From assembly GCA_035379625.1 (NCBI GenBank), contig DAOSVM010000001.1, forward strand, positions 159,600 through 223,599: a DNA stretch of 64,000 bases, read 5' to 3'. Shown here in pieces: positions 38,339 to 48,400 of this stretch. Position numbers and translations under genes: made by a program. The DNA comes from Ignavibacteriales bacterium (lineage in GTDB: Bacteria > Bacteroidota > Ignavibacteria > Ignavibacteriales > DAOSCP01). The notes beneath the pieces are model-generated. The model had not been told where the DNA came from. It worked only from the letters and a program-made list of their open reading frames with translations, and made no database searches. Numbering within the stretch: the stretch's first letter is position 1; every line of letters starts with the position of its first letter.

Positions 38339-38357
38339 AAATATTACAACATTATGA

Positions 38358-39737
38358 TTAAAATTTCCATCTATTACCAACTGCAAAGTTGAATTTCCTA
38401 GAACTATTTGGAGCAAACAGAGTGTATAAATCAAGTGTAGCGATATCAAGTTCCCAAACGCCAGTATCAAAACCTAAACCAAAAGCCCAATTAAAACCGT
38501 ATTTACCACCTGCAGAAAATCCTGTTCTAATATATGGTGACCATTTTGACGGAATATACCAGTCAAAACCTAATGAAAATCTTGGAATTGTGGAATTTCC
38601 CAATTCATCATTAAAACCTTGATTATAATTAAATTCTGCTAATAACCTACCGGGGATTTCCGGAATAAATTTTTGCAATTCCGTTGCAATACCTAACCTT
38701 AATGCGGTAGGTAAAGAAGTTGTAAATGCTCCAGTATATTTGCCTTTATATTTTAATGTATCTCCTAAATTCTCTGTTTGATTTTTATCAGTAAATGATG
38801 TTATAACTTTTGTACGATTAGCTTGATAAATAACAACGTTTTCCTTCCATTTAATACTTCCAATATCTGTTATTGCAAAACCAAAAAGGAAGAGATCATC
38901 TTGGCTTTTAGCTGAAAAACCTATATCGAAACCTAATCCTGTACCTGCAGGTTTTGAAAAAGGCGAAATTTTACTATCACCGTTACTACTTGTTGAATCA
39001 AAATCATATTTAATTTTAATATCTGGTGAAGTAGAGATTAATAACGAAGAATTATTTATAATTGTTGTTGTAACAATATTATTTTCATTTTTTGTAATTA
39101 CTGATAAATTAGTACTTTTTGTTTGAGAATATGCAAGGCCATTAACAAATTTCAATGAAATACCAGCAGAAATATTTTTAAGGTAATCAATTTTAATTTC
39201 AGGAATTAATCTTGAATAAGAAATATTATAATCTACAAAATATCCAGCTTTTGTATTCAAATTTTTCATAGAATAGACTTTTTGTGCATTTTCTTCATCG
39301 CCTAAAGTGAAATTATCTATTAGTAAATTGAATAAATCTGCCGGCAATGTTAAATCTGAAACTAAACGGTGATTTATTGCAAATCCAAAACTACCTATAT
39401 CTTTAGAGGGATTTATAGTAAAAGCTAAAGGGGTAAAATTTAAACCAAATTCCATTTTGGCATTATCCTTAAAGATATCCTTAAACTTTTGTTTATCACT
39501 TGCGGTAAGTGTTCTTCCTACTAGATTACCATTTCCATCATAAACACCACCAAAAAAATATTTTAATTCTTCAATTGATAAAAAGTTTCTATATAATGAA
39601 AAATTTATTGCAGGTATTATAGGAATATATAAATCTAAAGAAAAATTATTTTTTAATACAGAATCTTGAGACAAATTTGCTGGATTTTTCCCTAAGGCAT
39701 AAATACCACGAGATGAAGCTACATAAGTATTAGCCAT
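38358..39737 (-). CDS. Outer-membrane beta-barrel protein (PorV/PorQ/FadL-like); 5' end apparently frameshifted
   Basis: 459 aa as called. N-terminal 'YGMANTYVASSRGIYALGKNPANL' resembles the PorV/PorQ-family signature. Beta-strand-rich, ending 'AVGNRWKF' (terminal aromatic). The frame stays open upstream to 39806, and a signal-peptide mini-ORF lies out of frame at 39799-39840. Confidence 0.55.
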   Translation of the reverse strand: MANTYVASSRGIYALGKNPANLSQDSVLKNNFSLDLYIPIIPAINFSLYRNFLSIEELKYFFGGVYDGNGNLVGRTLTASDKQKFKDIFKDNAKMEFGLNFTPLAFTINPSKDIGSFGFAINHRLVSDLTLPADLFNLLIDNFTLGDEENAQKVYSMKNLNTKAGYFVDYNISYSRLIPEIKIDYLKNISAGISLKFVNGLAYSQTKSTNLSVITKNENNIVTTTIINNSSLLISTSPDIKIKYDFDSTSSNGDSKISPFSKPAGTGLGFDIGFSAKSQDDLFLFGFAITDIGSIKWKENVVIYQANRTKVITSFTDKNQTENLGDTLKYKGKYTGAFTTSLPTALRLGIATELQKFIPEIPGRLLAEFNYNQGFNDELGNSTIPRFSLGFDWYIPSKWSPYIRTGFSAGGKYGFNWAFGLGFDTGVWELDIATLDLYTLFAPNSSRKFNFAVGNRWKF

Positions 39738-39867
39738 ACCATAAGAAACTGGATCATATGCCCCAGATGCTCCTGCGCCATTTTGCGCATATACTATATT
39801 ATAACGTTAGCAATAATATGCTAACTAAAATTTTAGTCATCATCTTTATACCTCTTTCTAAAAATGT

Positions 39868-41922
39868 TTAAAAGTTATCAGGATTTAAATCAACATCCAT
39901 TTTTACATAACCTTTAATTTTTATGGTCTGATCTGTTGTAAATTCAACTCTTACATTATTGTTTGAGTTACTTGTCTCTAATTTAGCTTCGATTATAGCT
40001 TTGTAAGCATCAAAATACTTATCGACTTCTTTTGTAGACAACTCTTGAATAATAAATTTTTTGTATGCTTGTGTTACTTTTCCGTTATTATCTACATAAG
40101 CTGCTGGAACATACAATGAATCGCTTTTTAGTTCATTATTATTCACAGGAATATCGAATAATTTATTACCGTTTTTATCATATATGCTAACTTTCATATA
40201 AACAGCAGCTGGAATACCATTTTCAATGTCGAGAAATAATCTAACTTTTTTAATATCATTAGCTTTTTTCCTATCGTCTTGGCTTGGTGGATCTAATTTG
40301 TCTGTTGTATCTTTTAAGCTGCCTCCATTTATGCTAATTTTTAATGGTATTTCAACAGTATAACTTGGAGTAACACTATTGGTATCAGTGATAGTTACAA
40401 CTTCGTAATTTGGATTAAAAGTAGGTTTTATGTTAAAATCAATTGTTTTAATTATTTTACCACTTATACTATTAAGGAAATTTGCTAGTAAAATATTTGC
40501 AGTTGGATTGTTTTTATTAATATTTAAATTCAAATTAATTTTTTCTGTTGCTTCAGGGGAGCTGATTTGTCCTGTTATTTTAACAGGAATATTTGTCCCC
40601 ATATTAAATTTTAATTTTATTAAACTATTATCGTAGAATAAAATTTTATTAAACTCTAGATTATTTAAGTCTTTGGTTTCAAAATTATTAGATTCGCTAA
40701 TTGGGTCTAATATTGTTGGTTTTATCTGTGCCTTAACTTCTTTCAAAGTAAATTTATTAGCTTGAGATGATGCCGTAATATAATCATTTATAGATATTGT
40801 TCTATAATCATTTGAATTAGCAGATGAATCAAATTGAGCAGTAACTGAATACCTAATAAAACTTATTGCTTGAGTATTAGGATTTTGCGACCTTATTTGA
40901 TAATTATTAAAAATAAAATTAATCGTTGTTTTAGCTTTTCTTGGGACAACAATCGTTGTATCAAAATTTAAAGTTGATATAGGTGATTTATATATATCAT
41001 TAAAGTGAATTTTAATATTTGCTGATAAATCTAATTTATTGTCAATATCGATTTTAAGACTACCGTTTTTTATAATAGCTGAATAAACTTTTAATGAGTC
41101 ATTTGCATCAAATTTTATGGAATCACTATTAACTATTGGGGCTTGTCCAGGTATTATAACACTTCCATCTTTAATGTAGATATAACTTTCTTTAATTACA
41201 ATTTTTGCTGAGTATGCTGGCGTTATAAATGGGCCTGTTGATTGTGTCGACGAAATGGTTGCCGAGAATTTTATATCTTTTTTAATGACAGCATTTTGAA
41301 TTAGAGGGATTTGTAATTCTTTTGTTGTTTGTGGAGCAATATCTACATTTTGGTTATAATTAGCAATATTTCCACTATTATCAGAATTTTTAAGTACTAT
41401 ATTAGATATTGTTAAATTAACTCCAGAATTTAAAGGGAAATTATTAGTAATACTTAAGATTATTGAACCATTTTTTATTGTTGCATAATTTATCTCACTA
41501 ATACTTGGGGAGCTCATTTCTTCTGTACCAGTTACCGCTGGGAAAAAAGGAACATTTTGGCCAGGCCCATATCCAGGTGCCCATTGGTAAGCTATTGTAT
41601 TTTCTTGACGTGAAATTTTTGCTTTAAATTCATCTTTTTTAAGAGTTGTTGAGGAACTACTTGGATCACTTGCTATTTTATCACCGATCGTAATTTTGGA
41701 GAGCGTTTTTGTCTGCCTAAAAATCAAAAGATTATTACTACTTGATTTTGCAATATTGGTTGTATCTTTTTTTATTGCATCCCATAGCGTATAAGATTTA
41801 TCAACTATTGGAATTGTTACTCCTTCATATGGTACAATCGGGGCCTTATATTCACTAGGTAAATCAATACAACCATAAAAAGTTAGTAAAAATAGAATAT
41901 AAAAATACTTAATCTTTTTCAT
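39868..41922 (-). CDS. Large hypothetical lipoprotein (partner of the downstream barrel)
   Basis: Start set at ATG 41922 (MKKIKYFYILFLLTFYGC, lipobox FYGC) with a GGAGA SD 9 nt upstream; the ORF track starts at 41970. About 684 aa, Ser/Thr/Asn/Ile-rich, beta-rich, with no recognisable domain. Confidence 0.6.
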   Translation of the reverse strand: MKKIKYFYILFLLTFYGCIDLPSEYKAPIVPYEGVTIPIVDKSYTLWDAIKKDTTNIAKSSSNNLLIFRQTKTLSKITIGDKIASDPSSSSTTLKKDEFKAKISRQENTIAYQWAPGYGPGQNVPFFPAVTGTEEMSSPSISEINYATIKNGSIILSITNNFPLNSGVNLTISNIVLKNSDNSGNIANYNQNVDIAPQTTKELQIPLIQNAVIKKDIKFSATISSTQSTGPFITPAYSAKIVIKESYIYIKDGSVIIPGQAPIVNSDSIKFDANDSLKVYSAIIKNGSLKIDIDNKLDLSANIKIHFNDIYKSPISTLNFDTTIVVPRKAKTTINFIFNNYQIRSQNPNTQAISFIRYSVTAQFDSSANSNDYRTISINDYITASSQANKFTLKEVKAQIKPTILDPISESNNFETKDLNNLEFNKILFYDNSLIKLKFNMGTNIPVKITGQISSPEATEKINLNLNINKNNPTANILLANFLNSISGKIIKTIDFNIKPTFNPNYEVVTITDTNSVTPSYTVEIPLKISINGGSLKDTTDKLDPPSQDDRKKANDIKKVRLFLDIENGIPAAVYMKVSIYDKNGNKLFDIPVNNNELKSDSLYVPAAYVDNNGKVTQAYKKFIIQELSTKEVDKYFDAYKAIIEAKLETSNSNNNVRVEFTTDQTIKIKGYVKMDVDLNPDNF

Positions 41923-42096
41923 AAATAAATTCTCCATTCTTTTCTTTTTAATATAATTTTTAATTAACAAAAAACAAATTTATGTATGTAAAATAATTAT
42001 TAATTATTTGTTCTTTTAATATAAAATAATTTTACATTTGAAATATGTGTAATATTCTTTATATTTATATTCTTGAATTATTTAAAAGGTTATATA

Positions 42097-42852
42097 ATGC
42101 ACAAAAATACAAAAGTCATCATATATTTAACAACTATATTTATTTCAATGTTATTAGTTAGTTGTTCATCTACTAAAGATTTAACAAAATTAACTCCATC
42201 TCAAAGATTACAAAAAGCAATTGATAATTATAATAACAAAGATTATGAAGAAGCAGTAGCATCTTTTCAAAGTATTTTAATTGAATTTGCAGGTAGAGAA
42301 GTTATTGATAGTGCTCAATTTTATTTAGCTATGTCAAGGTATATGAAAGAGGAATATTTATTAGCCTCTTATGAATTTAGTAAGCTCATTCAAAATATGC
42401 CATTAAGTCAATTTGTACCACTCTCTCAATATATGCTTGCTGATTGTTACTTTCAGCTATCTCCTCCTATGCCACTTGACCAAAAATATACTAAAAAAGC
42501 AATAGAAGAATTTCAAGCTTTTATTGATTTTTATCCTAATCATCCAAAAGTTGATGAAGCAACAAAAAAAATTAAATCATTAAATGAAAAACTTGCTTAT
42601 AAAGATTATAATGCTGCTTACATTTATGAAAGAATGGAAAACTATAATGCAGCTATTTTCTTTTATTCACAAGTGATTGAAAATTATCATGATACAAAAT
42701 ATGCACCATTAGCTCTTTATAATAGAATTAAAGTTGAATTGGTAAAAAATAGAAAAGCCGAAGCAAAAAATGATATAGCTAATTTCAAAGAAAAATATCC
42801 TACTCACGAGTTATATAATAAAATACTGGAGATTGAACAAAGTTTGAATTAA
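42097..42852 (+). CDS. bamD: Outer membrane protein assembly factor BamD
   Basis: Lipoprotein signal 'MLLVSCSS'. TPR-like 'YNNKDYEEAVASFQSIL', 'AQFYLAMSRY', 'FQAFIDFYPNHPKVDEA' and 'YIYERMENYNAAIFFYSQVIENY..TKYAPLALY' match the BamD/YfiO pattern. ATG 42097 is preferred over TTG 42073. Confidence 0.8.
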   Translation: MHKNTKVIIYLTTIFISMLLVSCSSTKDLTKLTPSQRLQKAIDNYNNKDYEEAVASFQSILIEFAGREVIDSAQFYLAMSRYMKEEYLLASYEFSKLIQNMPLSQFVPLSQYMLADCYFQLSPPMPLDQKYTKKAIEEFQAFIDFYPNHPKVDEATKKIKSLNEKLAYKDYNAAYIYERMENYNAAIFFYSQVIENYHDTKYAPLALYNRIKVELVKNRKAEAKNDIANFKEKYPTHELYNKILEIEQSLN

Positions 42853-44381
42853 TGAGAATATTTTTTTTTACATATTTTATCTTAGTTTTATCAATTTACC
42901 CAAAAGATTTAGATTCTCTTTTTAATCAATTTCAAAAAGTATTTTACTTAAATTTTTTTACAGAACAAATTAGCTTTCGTAATAAATGTTCTTTCCAAAC
43001 TATATATGAAGTTAAAAAAAATTTTCACCTTTTTAACTCTCACCAACAAGAATATATTCAAGTATCATTATATAATGTAACTAATACTGATACATTTATA
43101 ATTTCTCCTAAAAAATACTTTCGCATTAATTTTTTCAAAGATGCTCTTAAGAAACCTAAGTATAATCTTGATAGCCTTGCAATAATATTAGACTCTGTCT
43201 ATTCTTTTGAAGTAATTTATTTAAATTTTCCGAAGCCAAAAGGCATAAAAGATGATTTTTATGATATTTTTATAACTCCTATATCAGATTATGGATATAC
43301 TGAATTAATAACAGAAAATCCAATCCGTACACAAATAGTTCTTTCAAATGATTTCTCAAATTATTATACTAATGGATTGGATGCTGTAAAAGTAACTCTA
43401 GCTCATGAATTCCATCATGCTATACAATTTCATTATAAATTACCAGATAAAGATATATTTTTTTATGAGATGACTTCTACTTCAATGGAAGAATTTGTAT
43501 TTCCAGAAGTCAATGATTATATCAATTACATTAAATCTTATTTCAAGAATTTAAATACTAATTTTAAGTTCGGTGATGGTTATTCTCAAGCCATATGGAA
43601 CTTATTTTTATATAAACAATTAAAGACTCATAATTTTATAAAATTGCAATGGGAATACTTTAAAATTAATGATGCATTGATCGCAATAAATAAATCATTA
43701 GAAGATTATGGAACAAATTTTAGTTCAATGTTTGGTTTATTCTCAAAAAGTATAAGCAATAAATTCAGATATAAATATTACGATGATGCTAATCTTTTTC
43801 CAAATATTTCATATTCACAAATTATCTCTAATGATGCTGGTCAATCTATAGTTAGTGATATTACTTATTGTGCAATTAAATATTTTGGGGTTATAGATAA
43901 TTCTGATACTATTAGTTTTGTTATATCAAATGGTAATTTTGTGGCTGCAAACAACGCTCTTAGTGATAACGAAGGAATTGGGATGAAAATAATATTATCA
44001 AACTACTCCACTAATAATTCATTAAAGTTAAATGATGCTTTACATTTAATTATACATTTTAATAAACAAGATAGCGGGAATCAAGTTAATATAATTGGGG
44101 ATATGCAAAGCAATTCCAATTATATAACAATTTTCCCAAATCCATTAAAGTTAAACCAAACAAATTTCTTAAATTTAAATTTTAGCAATAATGTTAGCGA
44201 GTTAAAAATTTATATTTATGATATAAAAAGCAAAAATATTTTCAAGCATCAAGTTAAATTTTTAGATAATAAGAATAATTTTGTCTTTCAAATTCCAGAG
44301 GATATACCCACAGGAATATATTTTGTTTATATCGAAACAAATGAGTTTAAGAAAATAGAAAAATTAGCCATTATAAAATAA
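42852..44381 (+). CDS. Secreted HExxH-motif protein (putative zinc metalloprotease) with T9SS C-terminal domain
   Basis: 509 aa with a signal peptide. 'VTLAHEFHHAIQF' (HExxH). C-terminal 'ITIFPNPLKLNQTNFLNLNF...GIYFVYIETNEFKKIEKLAIIK' is CTD-like. Its ATG overlaps the bamD stop (TAATG). Confidence 0.5.
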   Translation: MRIFFFTYFILVLSIYPKDLDSLFNQFQKVFYLNFFTEQISFRNKCSFQTIYEVKKNFHLFNSHQQEYIQVSLYNVTNTDTFIISPKKYFRINFFKDALKKPKYNLDSLAIILDSVYSFEVIYLNFPKPKGIKDDFYDIFITPISDYGYTELITENPIRTQIVLSNDFSNYYTNGLDAVKVTLAHEFHHAIQFHYKLPDKDIFFYEMTSTSMEEFVFPEVNDYINYIKSYFKNLNTNFKFGDGYSQAIWNLFLYKQLKTHNFIKLQWEYFKINDALIAINKSLEDYGTNFSSMFGLFSKSISNKFRYKYYDDANLFPNISYSQIISNDAGQSIVSDITYCAIKYFGVIDNSDTISFVISNGNFVAANNALSDNEGIGMKIILSNYSTNNSLKLNDALHLIIHFNKQDSGNQVNIIGDMQSNSNYITIFPNPLKLNQTNFLNLNFSNNVSELKIYIYDIKSKNIFKHQVKFLDNKNNFVFQIPEDIPTGIYFVYIETNEFKKIEKLAIIK

Positions 44382-44392
44382 TAAAAAGGTGA

Positions 44393-45346
44393 ATTATTAA
44401 AGGGCAAATTATCAAAATAGAAAGTATAAATTATTTTGTTAAAAGTGAAGGTAAAATATATAATTGCTTCTTAAAAGGGAGTTTCAAGAAAAAATACGAA
44501 TATAAAAAAAACAAGCTATTCACAACAGATATTGCAGTTGTTGGAGATTTTGTTGAATTTGAATTGAATAATGAAGGTTATGGATTAATATATAATATTT
44601 TGGAAAGAAAAAATTTTGTATCTCGTAAGGCACCACGTATTAAAGGAGCAACTTATAGGGGCTCAAGATTAGAACAAATAATTGCAGCAAATATAGATTT
44701 AAGTCTAATTGTTCAAAGTGCCGATTTCCCAAAATTCAATAATCGAACTTTAGATAGATATATTGTATCCGCTCACGCTTGCAAAATTGATTTTATAATT
44801 TTAATTAATAAAATTGATTTAGTTGATGAAGAATTTTTAAATTATTGGGTAAATCTCTACAAAAAAATTGGTTATAAAGTTTATCCTGTTTCAGCAAAAG
44901 ATGGAGTAGGTTTTGATGAATTAAAAGAAATTATAAAAGGAAATGTTAATTTAGTTTGGGGGCCAAGTGGCGTTGGCAAAAGTTCAATTATTAATTTTTT
45001 ATTCCCTTCTGTAAATTTAAAGGTAGGTGAAGTTTCAAATTATACTTCCAAAGGGAAGCACACCACAGTTACAAGTCAATTACTCGAATTTGAGAATGAT
45101 ACATATCTTATTGATACTCCAGGTATTAGAGAAATTGAACCTTTTGGTGTTTCTAAAATTGATTTAGGACATTATTTTGATGAATTTAAAGAATTCATTC
45201 CCGATTGTAAATTTAATACCTGCACCCATAACCATGAACCAGGATGTGCAGTTATAAAAGCTTTTGAAGAAGGTAAAATTTCTGAAGAAAGATATTACAG
45301 TTATTTGAATATATTAGCTACTATCGAGGAAGATGTTTTTATTTAA
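44393..45346 (+). CDS. rsgA: Ribosome small-subunit-dependent GTPase A (start codon non-canonical or frameshifted)
   Basis: Circularly permuted GTPase motifs: 'ILINKIDL' (NKxD), 'GPSGVGKSS' (P-loop), 'DTPG', and the zinc knuckle 'CKFNTCTHNHEPGC'. The OB-fold N-terminus (IIKGQIIKIESINYFVKSEGKIYNCFLKG...) is in frame from 44393. The first ATG/GTG/TTG in frame is the TTG at 44564. Confidence 0.8.
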   Translation: MIKGQIIKIESINYFVKSEGKIYNCFLKGSFKKKYEYKKNKLFTTDIAVVGDFVEFELNNEGYGLIYNILERKNFVSRKAPRIKGATYRGSRLEQIIAANIDLSLIVQSADFPKFNNRTLDRYIVSAHACKIDFIILINKIDLVDEEFLNYWVNLYKKIGYKVYPVSAKDGVGFDELKEIIKGNVNLVWGPSGVGKSSIINFLFPSVNLKVGEVSNYTSKGKHTTVTSQLLEFENDTYLIDTPGIREIEPFGVSKIDLGHYFDEFKEFIPDCKFNTCTHNHEPGCAVIKAFEEGKISEERYYSYLNILATIEEDVFI

Positions 45347-45458
45347 GCTTTAAAATTATTTTTTATTATAATAAATTTAATTTGCATTAATTATTTATTT
45401 TCTTTATTTTCAATTTAGTACCATAATATTTCATAATATTAATTAATTAGGAGTAGAA

Positions 45459-48400
45459 ATGAAAAGAAAAATATTATTTTTCTTTGTAGTATTATTAACA
45501 ATTGTTTTTGGACAGCAAAAGCCACCTATCTATATAGCTTTTCATTGGCATATGCATCAACCAATTTATTGGCCTTACGAAACAGTTTGGCAAACACAGC
45601 AACGAGGCGCTTATAGTTATAGCGTTGTAGATATTTTTAATCAAAGAATCGGACCTTATACTAATTGGCCTAAAGATGCTATCTACAAAGGAATAAACAA
45701 CAATTTAGAGCATTTAGGTGCACAAGTAAGTTTAAGTGGTTCATTAATAGAAAATTTGAATAATTTAGAAAGTGGTGGAAATGGAAATTTTAACGGTTGG
45801 AAAAATCATTGGAAAGATATAGCCACCAAGAAAACATCAAAGAATAATCCGAGAATTGATTTAGTTGCTTTTGGTTATCATCACCCATTGATGGGATTAA
45901 TTGATTATGAAGATATAAGAAAACAAATTCAACAACATAGAGAAGCTATAACAACTAATTTTGGAATAAGTTATTCAAAAGGAATATTTCCACCAGAAAA
46001 TGCTTTCACGCCAAGAATGATTCCTGCATTAGTTGCAGAAGGTTTACAATGGGTAATGGTAGATAATGTTCATTTTGATAGAGCAACTGAGGGCTATCCA
46101 TTTAATACAGGTGGAAATTTGTATGAACCAAATAAAGCTGATATTCAAAATCCTAATCCAAATGATTGGGTACAACTAAATGGATTATGGGCTCCGACAA
46201 AAGTTTCAGCAGGCTGGGGTCACAAACCACATTACATAAAATATGTCGATCCCAATACTGGGCAAGAATATAAAATGATAGCTGTACCAACAAGTAGATA
46301 TTTAGGGAATGAAGATGGCAGAGGTGGTTTTGGCGCATTAAACTATGAACAAGTAATGAGTCAATTAGAGTTTGCAAATAATGATCCAGCTCATCCTATT
46401 CTTGTTGTTTTACATCACGATGGCGATAATTATGGCGGTGGAAGTTCAGGCTATTATGGCAGTAATTTCGATAATTTTGTAAATTGGCTAAAAGCTAACC
46501 CTTCTAGATTTGTTTGTACAACTATTCAAGATTATTTGGATATGTTCCCACCAGATCCAAACGATGTTATTTGGGTTGAGGATGGTAGCTGGTCAGGTGC
46601 TGATAATGGCGATCCAGAATTCTTAAAATGGAATGGCGATCCAGGTAGTGACGGCTACAGTCCCGATAGAAATAGCTGGGGAATTGTAACGGCGGCAAAA
46701 AATTATGTCTTTACTGCTGATAAGATTAATCCTAATGATAATAATACAAAATTAGCATGGAAATACTTAACTGTTTCACAAACAAGCTGTTATTGGTATT
46801 GGGATGGCTCTGAAAACGGAGTATGGGATTCTCACCCTGCGAGAGCTTGTAATGAAGCTGTAAAGTATGCTAAAATGGTGACTGATGGCGGAAATGATAT
46901 TGTTGGGCCTACAATTTATATCCCACAACGAGAACCTTATAATCCAGGTTCTACCGAGTGGAATATTTCGAAACCTTCAGATTTTACCGTTTGGACTTAC
47001 GTTTATGATTTAAGTGGATTGAATTCAGTAAAATTGAAATATAGAGTAAACAATGATAACAATTATAAGTTAACTAATGATAATTTTACTTATTCTGGTG
47101 GCTCTACTGTTGGCGCTTGGCAAGAAGTTACAATGAATTCCAAAACAATACAATCAAAAACAAATCCACTTCCATCTTACAAAGCCGATGAATTTAGTGC
47201 GATAATTTCAGGAATAAAAAATAAATTAGTTGATTATTACGTTGAGGCTGTAGATTCTAAAGGAAATGTAACTAAAAGTCCAATTAAGCATGTTTGGGTT
47301 GGTGATGGTTCAGGTACAACAGGCGGCGGGACAACATCTTCGGTAATTTGGACTCCAACTAATCCAACAAAAAATGATGAAATTGAAATTAAAGTTATTT
47401 CGTCTAAAAGTGCTAAATTACATTGGGGAGTAAATTCCGTTAATAAAAATTGGACTACCCCAAATCAACTTTACTGGCCTTCAAACACAACATTATTTAA
47501 TAATATTGGACCTGCTGTTGAAAGCCCTTTTACTAAAGTTGGTGATACTTTAAAAATAAAATTAGGACCTTTCAACAATCCTGCACAAGTTGTTAATTCT
47601 TTAAATTTCGTTATTCATTTTGATGATAATACTTGGGATAACAATAACAATAACGATTATAATATTCCAATAAGCGGAAATAATAGCGGTGATACTACAA
47701 AACCTACTATTACATTCAATATGGACGGCAACCTTGATGAAAATACTAATATAGCTGCTCAAAATTCTGATGATAAATTACATTATATTTATTCCAACGG
47801 ATTACTCTATCTAGCTACAAAATCAGCTCAATCAAAAGGTAATGATGCTTTCATCTTTGTGTCAAAAACAAATCCTACTGCATTAGTTAATGCTCCTTGG
47901 GCAAAAACTGGAAAAGTTGGTACATATGATATATTTTTAGGAAATGAAAGTACAAACAATTGGTCTGGCTGGTTCGATAAAAACGGAAATTTATTAAACT
48001 CAATCAAACAAAAATCTGGACAATATTTAGAAGCTGTTATAGATTTGAAAAATGATTTAGGAATTACTAATCCAGAAAAAATTTATGTAGCAGTTGGTTA
48101 TTATAATACTAACGATAATGGAAAATTAGTTTTACAAATTCCACAGGGCAACTCAAATGATGATATTGATATAAACGAATTAGCAGAAATTTCATTGCAA
48201 ACTGTAACCAGTAATGAAAACACCATAAAGTTAAAAGATTATTTATTATTATCAAATTACCCTAATCCTTTCAATCCATCAACTTTAATAACTTATTATT
48301 TACCAACTGCTGGCAATGTAAAATTAGATATTTATAATTGTTTAGGCGAAAAAATCGAAAGTTTGGTAAATACATATCAATATCCTGGCAATTATACTGT

